Of a stretch of DNA of 64,000 nt, positions 12,298 to 26,463 are shown one piece after another (the first letter of the stretch is position 1; every line of letters starts with the position of its first letter). Where the stretch lies: positions 174,406,001-174,470,000 of the forward strand of contig OZ024742.1 of NCBI GenBank assembly GCA_964016885.1, given 5' to 3'. Under the pieces are notes generated by a model. That model worked only from the letters and a program-made list of their open reading frames with translations. It made no database searches and had not been told where the DNA came from. The translations under genes and the position numbers were made by a program. Source of the DNA: Eledone cirrhosa. Taxonomy: Eukaryota.

Positions 12298-14255
12298 TGT
12301 GTGTGTGTGTGTGAAGGCTTCCACAAAGTTTCTATCTACCAAATTTGTCAAGCCGAGGAGATAATAGAATACATTTGCCAAGCAGTACCACTGAACTCAA
12401 AACCACATGGTTAGGAAGCAAACTCTTTATCCACCATACTCTCAAGTCTCAGCCTCTATTGTTTTTCAATGTAAACTCACATTTTAAAACGTAGTATTAA
12501 GACAGAATGTATACACATACATTAAGATATTTGTCATATTAACAACTTGTCCACACTTTAATAGAGAATCACAAGTACAAGATCTTGCATTATCTCAGTA
12601 ATAATATATAATATCTACAGATGGAAAGATATACTGAAGAATAGAAGAGAAGAGAATAGAACGATGGTTACCTTGTTTTTCTTTGTTTGGTATATTGAAG
12701 GATATCAATGGAATCATCTCGAAACACAAATATTCTGGCAACAATTGAAAGATTTGAGAAAATTATATTCCTTGCTTAATTTAATCTATTCTCATCATTC
12801 TCAGAGTAATATTGCAATGATGAAATGGAGTTGGGAGTGTTATGCAAGACAATCAATCAAAATGGAATCTTCTAAGAGATAATTACAATTCTTCAGAATG
12901 ATACACTGTTAAATTAGCAGATGAAACAGAAGAAAAAATTTACAAAATTTTCATAACTATTGACAGAACAAACAGTTTTGTAATATTCCATCATTTTCAT
13001 ACAGGTGTAACAAACAATGTCAAATGTTTATATATTTCTCCAGAATTCGACGTATTTGGTTAGAATTGTTTCATGAAAGCTGATACCATGCAAGTTAGAA
13101 ATAAAGGAGTGAAATCTAGAGTAAAGTAAGACAAACAAAACAAAATAACAGGTTATACTTTTACATTCTCAAATGAAAAGAAATGAAGAGAAAATCTTTT
13201 GTAACCCAATATTTTACAATACTTTATATATTCTATTCTGTTTTGATGTATTCATATATGGGGACAGCCATTCTATAGGAAAATGATACAAAAGTAACTA
13301 TCTTCAAGCTCAACTAACCCTAGTCATACCAAACTCTCTGAAACGGCACCTGGTCCTATGATGCGTAACTGTTTGTTTTAAATTGTTTATATTCATAAAA
13401 AGTAAATGAACTGATAGAGTCGTTAGAATGTCAGATAGAATGCTTTGCAGTATTCATTTGAGCTCTCTGTGCTGTCTGTTTTCAAAACCCACCAGCATCG
13501 ACTTTGCCTTTATTCTTTGCAAGGTCAATAAAAAAAGTACCAGTTCAGTACTGGCGTCGAATCTTACTCTCTATCTCTTTCTACCTTCCTCTTTCTTTCT
13601 CTGGAAGAAATCAGCAGTGTTCAGAACTGGAGGAGTGATGTGCTCTGCCATGATGTAATTCAATCAATGCATTCTGTAAAGTTGTAGTGCTGCTGCCACA
13701 ATAGAATGCACCTAGAACACTCTGTAATATTTTAGTACTGATGCCATGATTAAATGCACCAGTACACTCTGAAAAGTTGGTGGCATGAGAAGTGCATGCA
13801 ACAGTAGAAAACATGCCAAAATTGGAGTATACATGTAAGATGTGATCCTCTGACCTGTCAAACCTCAGCACATGACATCCTGAGCAACTCATGCCAGCAG
13901 GGAAAACATATAAAATGATGAGAATGGTTACCTGGCTATGATAACAGAAATAAACAAATAGTTTTTTCTCCAATGAAGAACTAGGCCTGGCAATGACATT
14001 AAACTCTAAAGAAATTTATAATTCATCAAAAATGAAATTGTTGCCAATACATGCATCCTGTACCGATAAGGAAGCCTTTACATGCTTTATTGACCTGGTA
14101 AAAATAGCAGCCAAATTTTCCTTGAATCACACCCAACCATCTTACAGAAAAATGCATATTGGATATCAGGTTTTCTGCATATTGGGAAGAGATGAGGTAA
14201 CCTAGGGCTAAACAATAACAACAGCTACTACATTTCTTGGACCTTGAAATAAATT

Positions 14256-14475
14256 AGAGATTAATATTGGTTTCTAATTTTATGAGAAGGCCAACAAATT
14301 TGGAAGACGGAAAGTCTATTATATCCATCCAAGTACTTAACTGGTACTTTATTTTATTGACCCCAGAAGGATGAAAGGCAAAGTTGATCTTGGTGAGATT
14401 CAAACTCAGATTGTAGAAGTTTGAAACTAAATACTGCAAAGCGTTTTGTTTGATTTTCTAGCAATACTGCCAATG
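14256..14475 (-). mobile_element. tRNA-derived SINE, (ATT)-tailed family, degenerate
   Basis: The minus strand contains ctgagtttgaatctcaccaagatcaactttgcctttcatccttctggggtcaataaaataaagtaccagttaagtact. Confidence 0.75.
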
Positions 14476-16096
14476 AAAAGTTCTATTTTGTGGGGAGAAG
14501 AAATAGCTGTATTACAATCAAGCCATCGTTAACAAATCTGATTCTAGAACTGTATTTGACTACACAATTTCACTAATACTCCAATTGAAATATATGTATT
14601 TAGGGACAATTATTTTCAAAACCTTAACCAATACAACTCTATAAGAACACCTTGCAAACTTAATTAAACCAAAGTATGAATAAAATTATATGCATATAAT
14701 GAAATCAGAGTAATAATTATACAATGATCCAATCCAATCTAATGCCTTCTCACTCCTATTGGAGGAACTGCTCTCTGATTTACCTCCACCATGTTCTATT
14801 TGGTTTTGGTCATCATGTCAGAGGTATAGACGTACTCACCATGCTTGGCCAAATGCAGATTGTTGAGGCTATGTAATCCATAGTTGGGTTGGATAGCCAT
14901 CGACTTTGAAGAGTTTGTCTATCAGTTTAACAGCACTTGGTTTTTGTGTTGCTGGGGTTCCACTTACCTCCTTACCAGACCCTGTTCTGGTGAGGGAGCC
15001 AGTTTAGTCAGTAACCACTCAACCATGAAGCAGATTGTACTGGCTTACACCATACCAATAGCAGGCAGAAGCGTGACCTGACCCAAATTATACATTAAAT
15101 ATAAGAAGTTATGTAATTCAAAGTCTGTGACAATGTGAAAGGTGTGGTATGACTTAAGATAAAAGAAGGCAAAAAAGCTGCACTGTTTTAGCTTGGTAAA
15201 TAGAGAATAAGTTTTGGCTTGTATGTGCTGTCTTTTCTTTCTATTTATGTCGTTGCTAACTGGAAGTGGTAGGAGGAGATGTGAAAAGTATTAACATCAT
15301 TGTGTGTGCGTGCTTGTGAGTGCAGTTTTCCTTTTCTTTTATTTAATATTGTATTTATTAATTTACTTATTTTATATATTTATTTATTGTTATTATTATT
15401 TAATATATGTGTCTGGCACAAAGAATGCGTATACATCTACAAATGCAGGTATAATTGTATAATGGGTATTGCATTGTTATGCAATGTGAATTGTGCAGTT
15501 AATGATATTTCAAACACCAGTTTAATAATGAGAAATCATCATCATCATTGGTTAATGTCCATTTTCCCTGCTAGCAAGGGTAGCATGGGTCTTCTCAGAC
15601 CAAATCAATATTGAAGTAGATTTACTGTCAAATCAGCCTGGACCAGCATTGTGATTACTTATGATACCACACTTACTGAGTGCATTTTATCATTGCACCA
15701 ATACTAAGAAGACAGTCATGTCTTTGATACAACTGAAGAATTCTTATGAGACTTTGTTTGACAAGCTCACTATTGTTAGCTGTCTTACCTATCACCAACC
15801 ACATTATATAACAGAGTGTTCTCGATGCATTTATCATGTATATTACCAACACTAAGGAAGTTTTTATGTTGTTGACACTACGAAGTCATACTCAATAGTG
15901 AGCCAACACCATACTTTTAGTTTAAGTGTGTATATATGTATGTTTGTATGTATGTACTGAATTGTATGTAGGCAGGTGAGTGGTTTAAAAGGTTGATTTC
16001 ACAAACATGAGATACCTAAATAAATTCCACTACATGACATCTTGCGTAAGTTTCTTTACTTTTGGACAATCCAAACTTTGTGAGTGAAACTGGGTA

Positions 16097-16412
16097 TTCA
16101 ATTCAATTCAATTCAATTCAATATATTTTGCAGAAAGTAAAACATAGATGCTTCAGATGCCATGTAAGGAGGGGATGGGGTCAAAATTTACACAGTCGAA
16201 AACACAGTGGTCCAACACCGGTCCAATTTCGCCTTGAATTGTTGCGTGGTTGACGCGTTGACTACTTCTTCTGGAAGCCGATTCCAGGGTCCAGAGATGC
16301 GGATCGAAAAAGCAGCTTTCCATCTATATCGGCGAAAGCAGCGGTGAAACAGCTTTCTGTCATGTCAACGTAGACCCCTTTCAAATGCCGGAGTGAATAG
16401 GAGATCTTGAGG
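16097..16412 (-). mobile_element. CR1/L2-type LINE 3' fragment with a (TTGAA)n tail
   Basis: Minus-strand translation LR*HDRKLFHRCFRRYRWKAAFSIRISGPWNRLPEEVVNASTTQQFKAKLDRCW matches the CR1-type C-terminal WNxLPxxVV..FK..LD motif. Tail attcaattcaattca on +. Confidence 0.85.
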
Positions 16413-17493
16413 GTAGACAGAAACTGTGTGGAATCTCACAATACGAATTGTGGTAGAAATTCAAAAGTCCAGGTTTGTCACATATTTTCATGCTGATTTG
16501 GAATGGGTATTTCAATAATAGTTCATGTTTCTGTGTTATTACATGTTAATATATTATCTGCATTTATATTACATTTCATATTACAAGTAATTGTATTGCA
16601 TGTTATATTACAGATAATTATATTACAGGTAATTGTATTCTAATATATATGTTAAGCATTTCATCTGTGAAAGTGATGGTGGATTTATCAACATCATCAT
16701 CATATATAAATATATATATATTGGATATAAAACCAATTCTAATGAATCATACAACACAACATAATTCAATTATTTTTTTCACTATTAAACATAGCTGTGT
16801 GTTTAGCCATATGGATTCAGGTTCAGCCCCACAGTGAGGCATTTTGGACGTCTTCTGGGCGCCTTGTGGTGGTTGACTAATGTCCTGCGTATGAAATTTG
16901 ATAAATTTAACCTGTAGAAGCCTATTGCATATACACACATACACACGTGTGTGTGTTTATAATTGTGTCTGTCTTTATTTCTTGTAATTTAATTGTTGTC
17001 AAAAAAATCATTGACAAAATAAATAGCAGAATTGAAAATAAAGGAAGTGCTTTGTATCAAGAGGGTTAAGGATAGTGCTCCAACATGGCCACAGACTAAT
17101 GGCTGAAACCAGTAAAAGAGTAAACCAAGCCAAGTTCTATGAAACATGCAATCCAAGATCTTTCAATTAATTTATCAGCTATTCAATATAGCGGCTAATT
17201 TACACTTTAACTACTTGCCTCAATTCATGCAAAACCACTGTTAAATTAACAGTTTCTAGAGCAACTTATAAAATTCCCACTGGAAAATTCCTCATTAGCA
17301 TGTTAGAATAATTAACTAATTTATTGTTAATCTATAGAAAAATATCCTCACATTCACAAATACACCCACTTGCATATGTGTATATAGATACGCACACAAA
17401 ATTCAACATAAACATACATATATGTATATATATATATACACATCATCATCATTGTTTAATGTCCATCTTCCATGCTAGCATGGGTTATATATG

Positions 17494-17526
<33 letters not shown>

Positions 17527-17527
<1 letters not shown>

Positions 17528-18280
17528 CATCATCATCATCATCAAGGTTTAGCGTCCGTGTTCCACGCTTGCATGGGTTTGGACGGGGGTTTTCCCACTT
17601 GAGGCAAGAGTGGTTGTCTTGCTTGCATAGGACTGTCTGGCGGGTTTTCTACAGCTGGATGCCCTTCCTAACACCAACCACATTTACAGTGTGGGGCTGG
17701 GAGGTTTTTACCGTGTTGCCTACACGGCCACATTACAGCGTGGACTGTCTGGCGGGTTTTCTACAGCTGGATGCCCTTCCTAACACCAACCACATTTACA
17801 GTGTGGGGCTGGGAGGTTTTTACCATGTTGCCTACACGGCCACATTTACAGCGTGGACTGTGTGTTTTTTTGTCGTGACACCTACACGATCTCGTTTGTT
17901 TCGGCCTGGATGTTGTGGCACCAACATAACTTTACATTGAAAGGGGTGGTGTGGATGGGGTGTGTGGGGGAACGGGGACGTGGGTGTGTTTTGATAGAGA
18001 TGCCTACTGACTGTAGTAGGTTTTACTTTGTATTTAGGTAAGGTGGGTCTTCTCTATTACTGAGTACCGCCAAACGTCTCGGTCCAGTGACATTGTCTTG
18101 GAGAGGTGTAAGCGTGTGAGGTCAGAATTTATCATGTCGTCCCAGGTTTTTCTGGGTCTGCCTACACCGTGGCTACCGTCTATCTTTGTTATACAGCTGT
18201 CGTCTTTCATGCGCATCACGTGACCATACCAACGTAGCCTTCTCTCGAGTAAACAACATCTGATCCCTCTTATTTCTAAT
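17527..18280 (-). mobile_element. RTE LINE 3' end (same family as 10230-12297) with an internal 112-bp tandem duplication
   Basis: ORF 18034-18219 MKDDSCI..GRPRKTWDD. The 3' UTR is the reverse complement of ~12000-12290. Duplicated units start at 17630 and 17742. Confidence 0.9.
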
Positions 18281-18342
18281 TTCTAATATATATATATGTG
18301 TGTGTGTTATATATATATTAATATATATATATATGTATGTTC

Positions 18343-18536
<194 letters not shown>

Positions 18537-20256
18537 TTATTGTGCATGTTCTCAATACAAAATAGGAAAAGGCATATTTGGCACATAAAATTGAGTTAAA
18601 ATCTAGTTCTGATGAATATGATTATATTTAATTATTTCTCTTATTACAGGAATATATATATATGGTTCTTTTCTTTTATTGGTTTCAGTCATTAGACCTT
18701 TGCCATGCTGTGGGTAATGCCTTGTTCTTCTTTCCCCATTCCCAATCAAAGACACTATACACCAGCACCCAATTTAGGCACCCCACTTCTTAGTTGCTAT
18801 TCCCACCATCACTGTGTCTCTCCCACTTCTACTCTACACCCTTCTTATATCCGAATATAAATACTTAATCCAGTATATAGCCCCACCCCCTACAAAATGA
18901 ATTCTACTAATACAACAGCCATAACCCACTCCCTTAGCAGCTGTTATGACAATACCTGCCAGTTACGGTAGGTCACTCCCTTCCTTCCTACCAACCATGC
19001 TTTTTATACAGCCATGACATTATACTTATCATTGTTTTTACCCTTCCCCCACTGTCCACTCTGTATGCCAGAGAGGTCTCTTCAGTTGAGTCAATGAACA
19101 ACAACCTCCCTAGTGTTAGTACTCTGAAAAATGCAACCAGTTCAACCTGTAAGCTAGTTGGCAATAGAAAAGGTATCCCCCTGTATAAACTATGCCAAAA
19201 ATCATTGAAATGGCTCTTCAATTTTGTCAAGAGCACATCCTCTCTAGAGCTGACAATAATTGCACCTAGCACACTCAGTAAAGTGGTTGGTGATAGGAAG
19301 AGGATTCAGCTGTAGAAAACCTGCCAAACAATGGGTCAAGAGGATTCTTCAGCTCTATCAAAAATATGACAACATCTCTAGTGCTGATGCCACAATAATA
19401 TGCACTAAATAGGGCATGAGAATGTGTGCGAGACATGGGCCTGTGGCTTTTCTGAGCACTCAGTAGGGAGTGAAAACACTAAAATTGTGTAGGCACCTAG
19501 CCCCTCTGAGAGGTGAGCAGATTTGCTTGAATACTGGCTTGTTCTGTGATGACCTGTCCTATCCTTGCTAGAAGAGAAGACTTGGTCTGTGAAGAGCTGA
19601 CCTATCTTTGCAAGCAAAGCATACATATATTAAATGATGATGATCTGTAATATCATCATGAGTGTCTGCACATTCTTGTCTATTAAATTTTACTCACAAT
19701 GCAATGATGAAACTGAGGTTATATTAAATAACACTTGCCTAAGGTGCCATGGAGTGGGACTGAACCCAAAACTATGACATGAGAAACTGAATTCCTTAAC
19801 CACAAAACCATGCCTGTGCCTATTGTATTTTTATTAAATCGGATTTTAGTGCTTTCTTCTAATACTGACAGTCATCTGTCTTCATCTGGAAATTCCAATG
19901 TTTAGTTGAGTTTTCATGCAAACACCTGATTTATGCAAATTATACCTGTAGCGAATTCCCTCTGATGAATTTTAATGAATAAATTGATTATTCATATACA
20001 CTTACACATATAAACACACACATACATACATGGAAAAATGAAATGAAATGAAATTTACAGCTCACACCTACACATTTAGCTGAACTCTTACAAGGTTTCA
20101 AATATAGCAGGTTTCTCTGGTGTTTTATTAATAAAGGCTTTTATCCTATCAAAAGCTACAATGCACCAGTCCAGGAATCAAACCTACGGGTTTATGTTCA
20201 TGAGTCCAACAACCTAAACAATAGTCAATATGTTTTCACATTCCCATATATATATA

Positions 20257-20550
20257 TCATCATCATCATCATCATCATCAACGTTTAACGTCCGTGTTCC
20301 ACGCTTGCATGGGTTTGGACGGGGGTAGTCCCACTTGAGGCAAGAGTGATTGTCTTGCTCGCATAGGACTGTCTGGCAGGTTTTCTACAGTTGGATGCCC
20401 TTCCTAACACCAACCACATTTACAGTGTGGGTCTGGGAGGTTTTTACCGTGTTGCCTACACGGCCACATTACAGCGTGGACTGTGTGTTTTTTTGTCGTG
20501 ACACCTACACGATCTCATTTGTTTCGGCCTCGATGGCGCGGCACCAACAT
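20257..20550 (-). mobile_element. RTE LINE 3' UTR fragment
   Basis: (cat)n followed by sequence nearly identical to 17545-17930, lacking the duplication. Confidence 0.88.
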
Positions 20551-21457
20551 AAATATATATGTGTGTGTGTGTACATATATAATATACATGCATGGATGGA
20601 TCTGTGCTGTAACACCTGATAGAATCATAGGAATGCCATTTTGACATACAGTGTTTCTTGGGCATTTCAAAATGTGGTGGAGTCCATTTTCTCTCCATGC
20701 CTGAACACAGCTGATTTCTTCTAGAGAAGAAGAGGGAGTGAGAGTGAGAGAGAGATATAGAGGAAGAATCAACTCTAGTATTGGACGGGTACTTTTCTTT
20801 ATCAACCTCGAAAGGATCAATGGCAAGGTTAACATTGGTGGGATACTACAGAGCATTCTATCCAACATTCTAATGACTCTGCCAATTTGTATTCTATGTA
20901 AATATATACAGTATATGTACACACATAGATGTAGGCATGGCTGAGTGGTTAAGGAGGCTGTTTCTAATTTCATCATGAAGCAGCTTATAAAAGTGTCTAT
21001 TGACAAAACCACTAATCACCCATTCACACTGTCCTAGGCATTAGATTGACATTTCATTTATATAAATTACACCTGTGGAAATTTTCCTATGATGTGTAAA
21101 TTAATTACAAACACATGTGCATATAAACATATATACAAACATTGAACTGACTGATGTTGTGTGGAAGAATTTAAAGAAATAGAAACTTGAGTATTAGGGG
21201 AGATATAGAGGATACTTTAGCAATGATGATAATTAGCAACATCTATAGTGGTGTTGCTGCCATGATAAAATCTACTCACTACACTTTACAAGTTGGTTGC
21301 AAATAGAATAACAACATATATTAATAGAAAAAATCTTCAATTACATCAAATAAATGACGGCCTCACTAGCTGCTGGTTGGTGCCATGAGAAAAGGTACCC
21401 AGTACTTTCTGTAATAATAATGTTGGTGCTATGAGAAAAGGCATCCATACACTCTGT

Positions 21458-21576
21458 GAAGGCGTGTGGCTGAGTGGTTAGAGAATTGGATTCACAATCT
21501 TGAAGTTGTGAGTTCAATTCCTGGACCGGGCAATGCGTTATGTCCTTGAGCAAGACACTTTATATCACGTTGCTCC
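21458..21576 (+). mobile_element. tRNA-derived SINE head, second family (similar copies at ~40590-40710 and 58061-58200)
   Basis: A-box-like tggctgagtggtt and B-box-like gagttcaattcc, followed by tgtccttgagcaagacacttta. Confidence 0.75.
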
Positions 21577-22262
21577 TTCTACCTAGAGTTGCGACTGATA
21601 GATAGTATTAGCAACTGGAAAGACCAACGGAAACATTGTTTCCTCGGTCCAAATTGACGAAAGTCAATTGATCCTTTTACTCTCGGTAATAATAATGCAC
21701 CCAGTACTCTCTGAAAAGTGGTAATGCTCGTGCCATGAGAGATTGCATCCAGCACATGCTCTAAAGTAGTAAAGCTGGTTCCATGATAAAATGCACCCAG
21801 TATATATTATAAAGTGTTTGGTGTTATGAAGAATAACACTAGTCATAGAAACCATGTCATGGAACAAGCAATCAAAAGGTTGTCATATCCTTCACACAAT
21901 TGGAGAGTCCTTTCTATCTTTTGCTTGGCAGGTTATCTAAGGTTGTATACCCTTTTTATCACCAATTACTGTACAGTGTGCAATGGGTACAGTTTGTCAT
22001 GTCACTAATACTAGGGTGATTTCTGTGCCCTTGACACAACTGAAACCTCCTACCAAACCAATTTGGCATGGTTTCAACAAGTGGATGTCCTTCCTGTTAC
22101 AAATCACCTTACATGATATACTGGGTGATTTTATAATGGCACCAGCACTAGGGAGGTTGTCATGTCCTTGACATGACTGAAGTGTATTCCTAATACTTTT
22201 CTTTGACAAGCTTTCACACACATGCATATATATATATACACACACATGCATACACACACACA

Positions 22263-22304
<42 letters not shown>

Positions 22305-22845
22305 GCATGTGTGTGTGTGTCATCATCATCATCACCATCATTTAATGTTGAAAACATCACTGTGCTCTAATTTGATCAGTTTCAATTCATATGTTAATTA
22401 AAAAAACCGAAGAATTTACCAAATTGTTATCCTAAAACTCTTCTTATTTCATTTATTCAAGTTTTACATGTGTTTCTGACATACAATGATATTAGAGAAT
22501 AATGGATTACAGCATTCTTTGTTCCTTAGTCTTCTAAAGAATGAATCTAGAATTCTCTCTGTGAATTGGTTAGATTTTGTGACTAGGCAAAACCACTGGA
22601 TGTTAATAACAATAAACTGTGGCAATTCTTTATGATTAGCTATCAATAAAGATAGAAAAATTCCTACTTGCATATGATTACATCAATACAAGATTGTTAA
22701 TTACATTTTTCAAGTCAAAACCCCCAAACCAATAATTATTTTACATTTTATCCTCCAAAACAATTTTTTTATTTATTGAGATATATTTCTTTTTATTTAT
22801 GTAATTAAAAAGCAGGTTATATTGTTACCCTTTATTATTATTATT

Positions 22846-23138
22846 GGTGGATGGCAGTATCGGGAGAGGGTCTGACGCCATGCTTTGCAGCAAAGAGTTA
22901 CGGCCCTTGCCATTCTGAGTTCAAATCCCGCCAAGGTTAACTTTGCCTTTCATCCTTACGGGGTCGATAAAATAAAGTACCAGTAATACACTGGAATAAT
23001 TGGTGGCCTTGTACCAAAAGTAGAAACAATTATTATTATTGACTTTGCCTTTCATCCTTACGGGGTTGATAAAATAAAGTACCAGTAATGCACTGGTTAA
23101 TTGCTGGACTTGTGCCTAAAAGTAGAAACAATTATTAT
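22846..23138 (+). mobile_element. tRNA-derived (ATT)n-tailed SINE (22846-23040) plus a 5'-truncated second copy (23041-23138)
   Basis: tggcagtatcgg (A box) and gagttcaaatcc (B box), core ctttgcctttcatccttacggggtcgataaaataaagtaccag, tail ggccttgtaccaaaagtagaaacaattattatt. It starts in an (att)n tract. Confidence 0.88.
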
Positions 23139-26100
23139 GAGACGGCGGTAACTATGGCGGAGTAAGTTAGTTGAATTTTTATGAGTTATCGAAGGTTCTA
23201 TATACAATTTTGTGTGTAGTTAAAGAACCCCTTCTTTCAATGGAGGTGGTTTTTAACTGTATCTCGCGCCTTTGAGGGCTAAATTTTCATTTATTTACAA
23301 TCCCCCCCCCCCCCCCCCCCCACAATTTTGTTTAAAAAAACATGGCGGACAAAAATAACTGTCCACAGGGAGGAACAGCGAAATGTTCGTAGGGTGGAAC
23401 AGCCATTTCCACCCAATCACAAGACAAAGTAATAAACAAGAGAAACAGCAGCAGCAGCGACAGTGACAGTGGTGGTAACAACAGCAGCAGCAGCCACTGG
23501 AACAGTAGTAGCAGTAGTGGTAATTACAACGAAAACTTCCCTACGTTAGAAAAATCAAACACCACCACCACCCCAATAACAACAATAACAACAGCAACAG
23601 CCATAAAGAACCCAAAGAACAACAACTATAACAGCAGCAACACAGAGGAAAAAAACAAACAAAAACACCAACGACGGCAACAAAGACAAAACTAGTGATG
23701 AGTCAACACAAATCAAAACAAACACATCTTTCAGTTATCGCACGATATCGGATCAAAATCGCGGCGAGTTGAACGGTCAACGGAGTCACAGATCCAAAGA
23801 GCAATGGGTACCGTCTGGGCACAGAAAACATACATAGCCCGGGGATAGATATGGCACTGTGGATGTGCTCTTCGCTACACCAGACGAAGCCAGAGCACAC
23901 TCCATTTCGCCACTCCGCAGTGACAAAATCATAATGATGCTCACATACTGCAGCCAGAGAGTCGTGAGGGTTCGAGTGGCCCAGGTTCCGCACTCAGCGG
24001 AGATGGCATGGCTTATAGCAGCCGTCCTCGCTGACGTTTAGGATTCAACAACCATACTCAACGTCATGCGGATAAGACAGGAACATTGGACAGGGACGGG
24101 GATGGAGCTAATCATCCAAGCAAACCATGAGAGCATTGAGGCCATCCCCGATGTAATAGACCTGGACGACGGCAGCCATCTACTTGTTACTGTCGAAGGT
24201 AGGCGCCCAAGGTGTCATGGATGCGGTGACAAGACACACCTTAAGGCATTCTGCCCCAAACTCACCAAAACAAGCACGCGCCCACACCGTGCCCCACACC
24301 GTGCCCCGCAACAGGAGCGGAAAAACAAACAAAGACCACAGTGGCAGAAGAGAAATCAGCATCCCCAACAACAAAAGCACCATCTCTTCCACCACCCACA
24401 GAAACAATGGAAAGCATACCCCTTCCTGATGTAGCTAAATCGGACAAGGAGCGCGATAAGGCCGAAGAATGGAGTATTATTCCGACAAAAAAATAACTCC
24501 CTACTTCCCCCCCCCCCCAAAAAAAGAGGAAGAAATAACACTAAATAAAAAGAAAATGAAAACTACCCCACCTCCTCCACCACCATCAACAGCCACACCC
24601 CACAACCACCTACACCATCACCACCACCACTACCAACACTACCGCCACAACCACCACCGCCACCCTTAGCATCTTCCCCATCGTCACCTCCAACAACACG
24701 ACAGCAAACACAGAAAGCACCAACAGCAGACACAATACACAGCCATAAACACAGACAACACAAAGCTTTTAAACTATATTTAACACCACACCAACATCAC
24801 AGAAATAAACTACGTACAAACCACCAAAATTGCACCCCCCACACGCATAAAAATAATAGAAATCACCTCCAAAAACTGGGAGGAGGTCACGAGCAAGGTG
24901 TTTTCTCTCACCCAGAAATGGGCCAAGAGGAAGCTATCCCTGAAAGGTCGAACGGAGGTTGCAAATGCATACATCGCGTCTGTTATCTATTACCGCCTCA
25001 CCGTCATGCCTTGTCCTAAGCCTCACCTTACTGCACAGGAGCATTTGCTCTTTTGCTTTTTTTGGAAGGGACGTGCTCCGATGGTCAGGCGCACCATTTG
25101 CTGTCAACACCCGCTACACGGAGGGCTGGGCATGCCGTGGCTGATGATGCGCATACATGCGCTCATGCTACGGCATCTCCACCTCCTCCTCAACAGTGAT
25201 CATGTATGGTCGCCCTTTGCTAGACACATGTTTGTCTCCTTGCTTATCCCCAGCTTGTCTCCATGGTGGAACTGTAGTCCTGGGTCAAGCGAAGACCGAG
25301 AGGAAGCGCATAGAGACTAGAGTGTCTTCATGCCCTTACAGCCCTCGACCACTCGAGCAATAAAATCGCTGGAAACTCCACCTTGGCTTTCAATAGAGGA
25401 TTAGTGGAAGAAAAGAGCAACAACGTCGTTGGGGAGACTCTAGGCGTCGAGGAAAACCAACTAGCCAATCTCTTCGGGAGAACTTTCGGGCCGGGTCCCA
25501 TGGACAACTTCCAGAAATCCCTGGCTTGGCATTGCTACCAAGGAGCCTTGCCAGTTCGGGATAGCCTCTACAGGCAAGGAAGTACCATCAGCCGAGCCTG
25601 TCCGATATGCGCACAGGGCGATGAAACCGTCCTGCACGCCGCACTCAACCAGTGTCCGAGCATTGCTGACTTGTGGGTTTATGCCGAACACCTGCTGTCA
25701 CATGTAGAACGCATCCGGCTATCAGCTGAGTCCATCAGGAAGATTGCCCCACTGCCTTCCTTTAGCCGAGAAGGGCAGGCAGTTTTTATCTGCCTGGTGG
25801 CCATGGTAAAAGAGATTGTTTGGTGGACACGTCTGAAAGGTTTGAAGACCGGTACTTTCCTCTTCGGTGATGCCCTCATTAACTTTTTCAGGTTTCACCT
25901 GAAGAGGAAAGTCAGGGTGGAGAGGGAAGTGCTGACCTCCAGCCAGTTTGTTGAAAGGTGGGTGAGAGAGGTAAGAATGGCCCGTGTGAATGGGTCGACC
26001 CTGAGCATGTGCCTGTAGCATTGTAGGAGGAAAACTAGCGGTCAGGGTAACTGCGGCTTTTCTTTCTCGAAACAACCCTCGAAGGTCTCCTCCTATTGGG

Positions 26101-26229
26101 AATTTTTCATTGTTTCCTTTTGTCACAATCTGCTTTTGTTTTTTTTACACGCAGAAATGCCCATCTGTATTGTACTGTGTTGTTCTTAACGTTATACATT
26201 GTGTCAGCCCTTGTGGTTAATAAAGAAAG

Positions 26230-26286
<57 letters not shown>
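23139..26286 (+). mobile_element. Tx1/L1-clade LINE copy 1: ORF1 type A, large internal deletion, ORF2 C-terminus, (ATT)n tail
   Basis: ORF1 from ATG 23342 with YGTVDVLFATP and the CCHC knuckle CHGCGDKTHLKAFC. It jumps at ~24870 into WEEVTSKVFSLTQKWAKRKLSLKGR, followed by CPICAQGDETVLHA..QC. aataaa plus (att)n at 26218-26286. Confidence 0.9.
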
Positions 26287-26287
<1 letters not shown>

Positions 26288-26463
26288 GGCGACCTACGTA
26301 GTAAATCATATCATCGTGAGCTCCGAAAATGTTTGTTATTTTCAGTTGTTTAAAATTCCCATTCATGGAATTTTTTTATTGTTAACTGTATATAAGTGCA
26401 AACTGTATATAAGTGCAAACTGTTTATAATTATCAAACAAAACAAAGATTTCTTTGAAAAATC

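Noticed and set aside
12672-12734. Possible 63-nt minus-strand exon (ttgccag|..IFVFRDDSIDILQYTKQRKT..|gtaacc)
   Set aside because: The splice-like signals could be chance. There is no recognisable protein or neighbouring exons, and RNA-seq would be needed.
21458-21530. Possible tRNA genes at SINE heads (also ~22850, ~39190, ~58065)
   Set aside because: A/B boxes are present but no full cloverleaf forms, and each runs into a SINE body.
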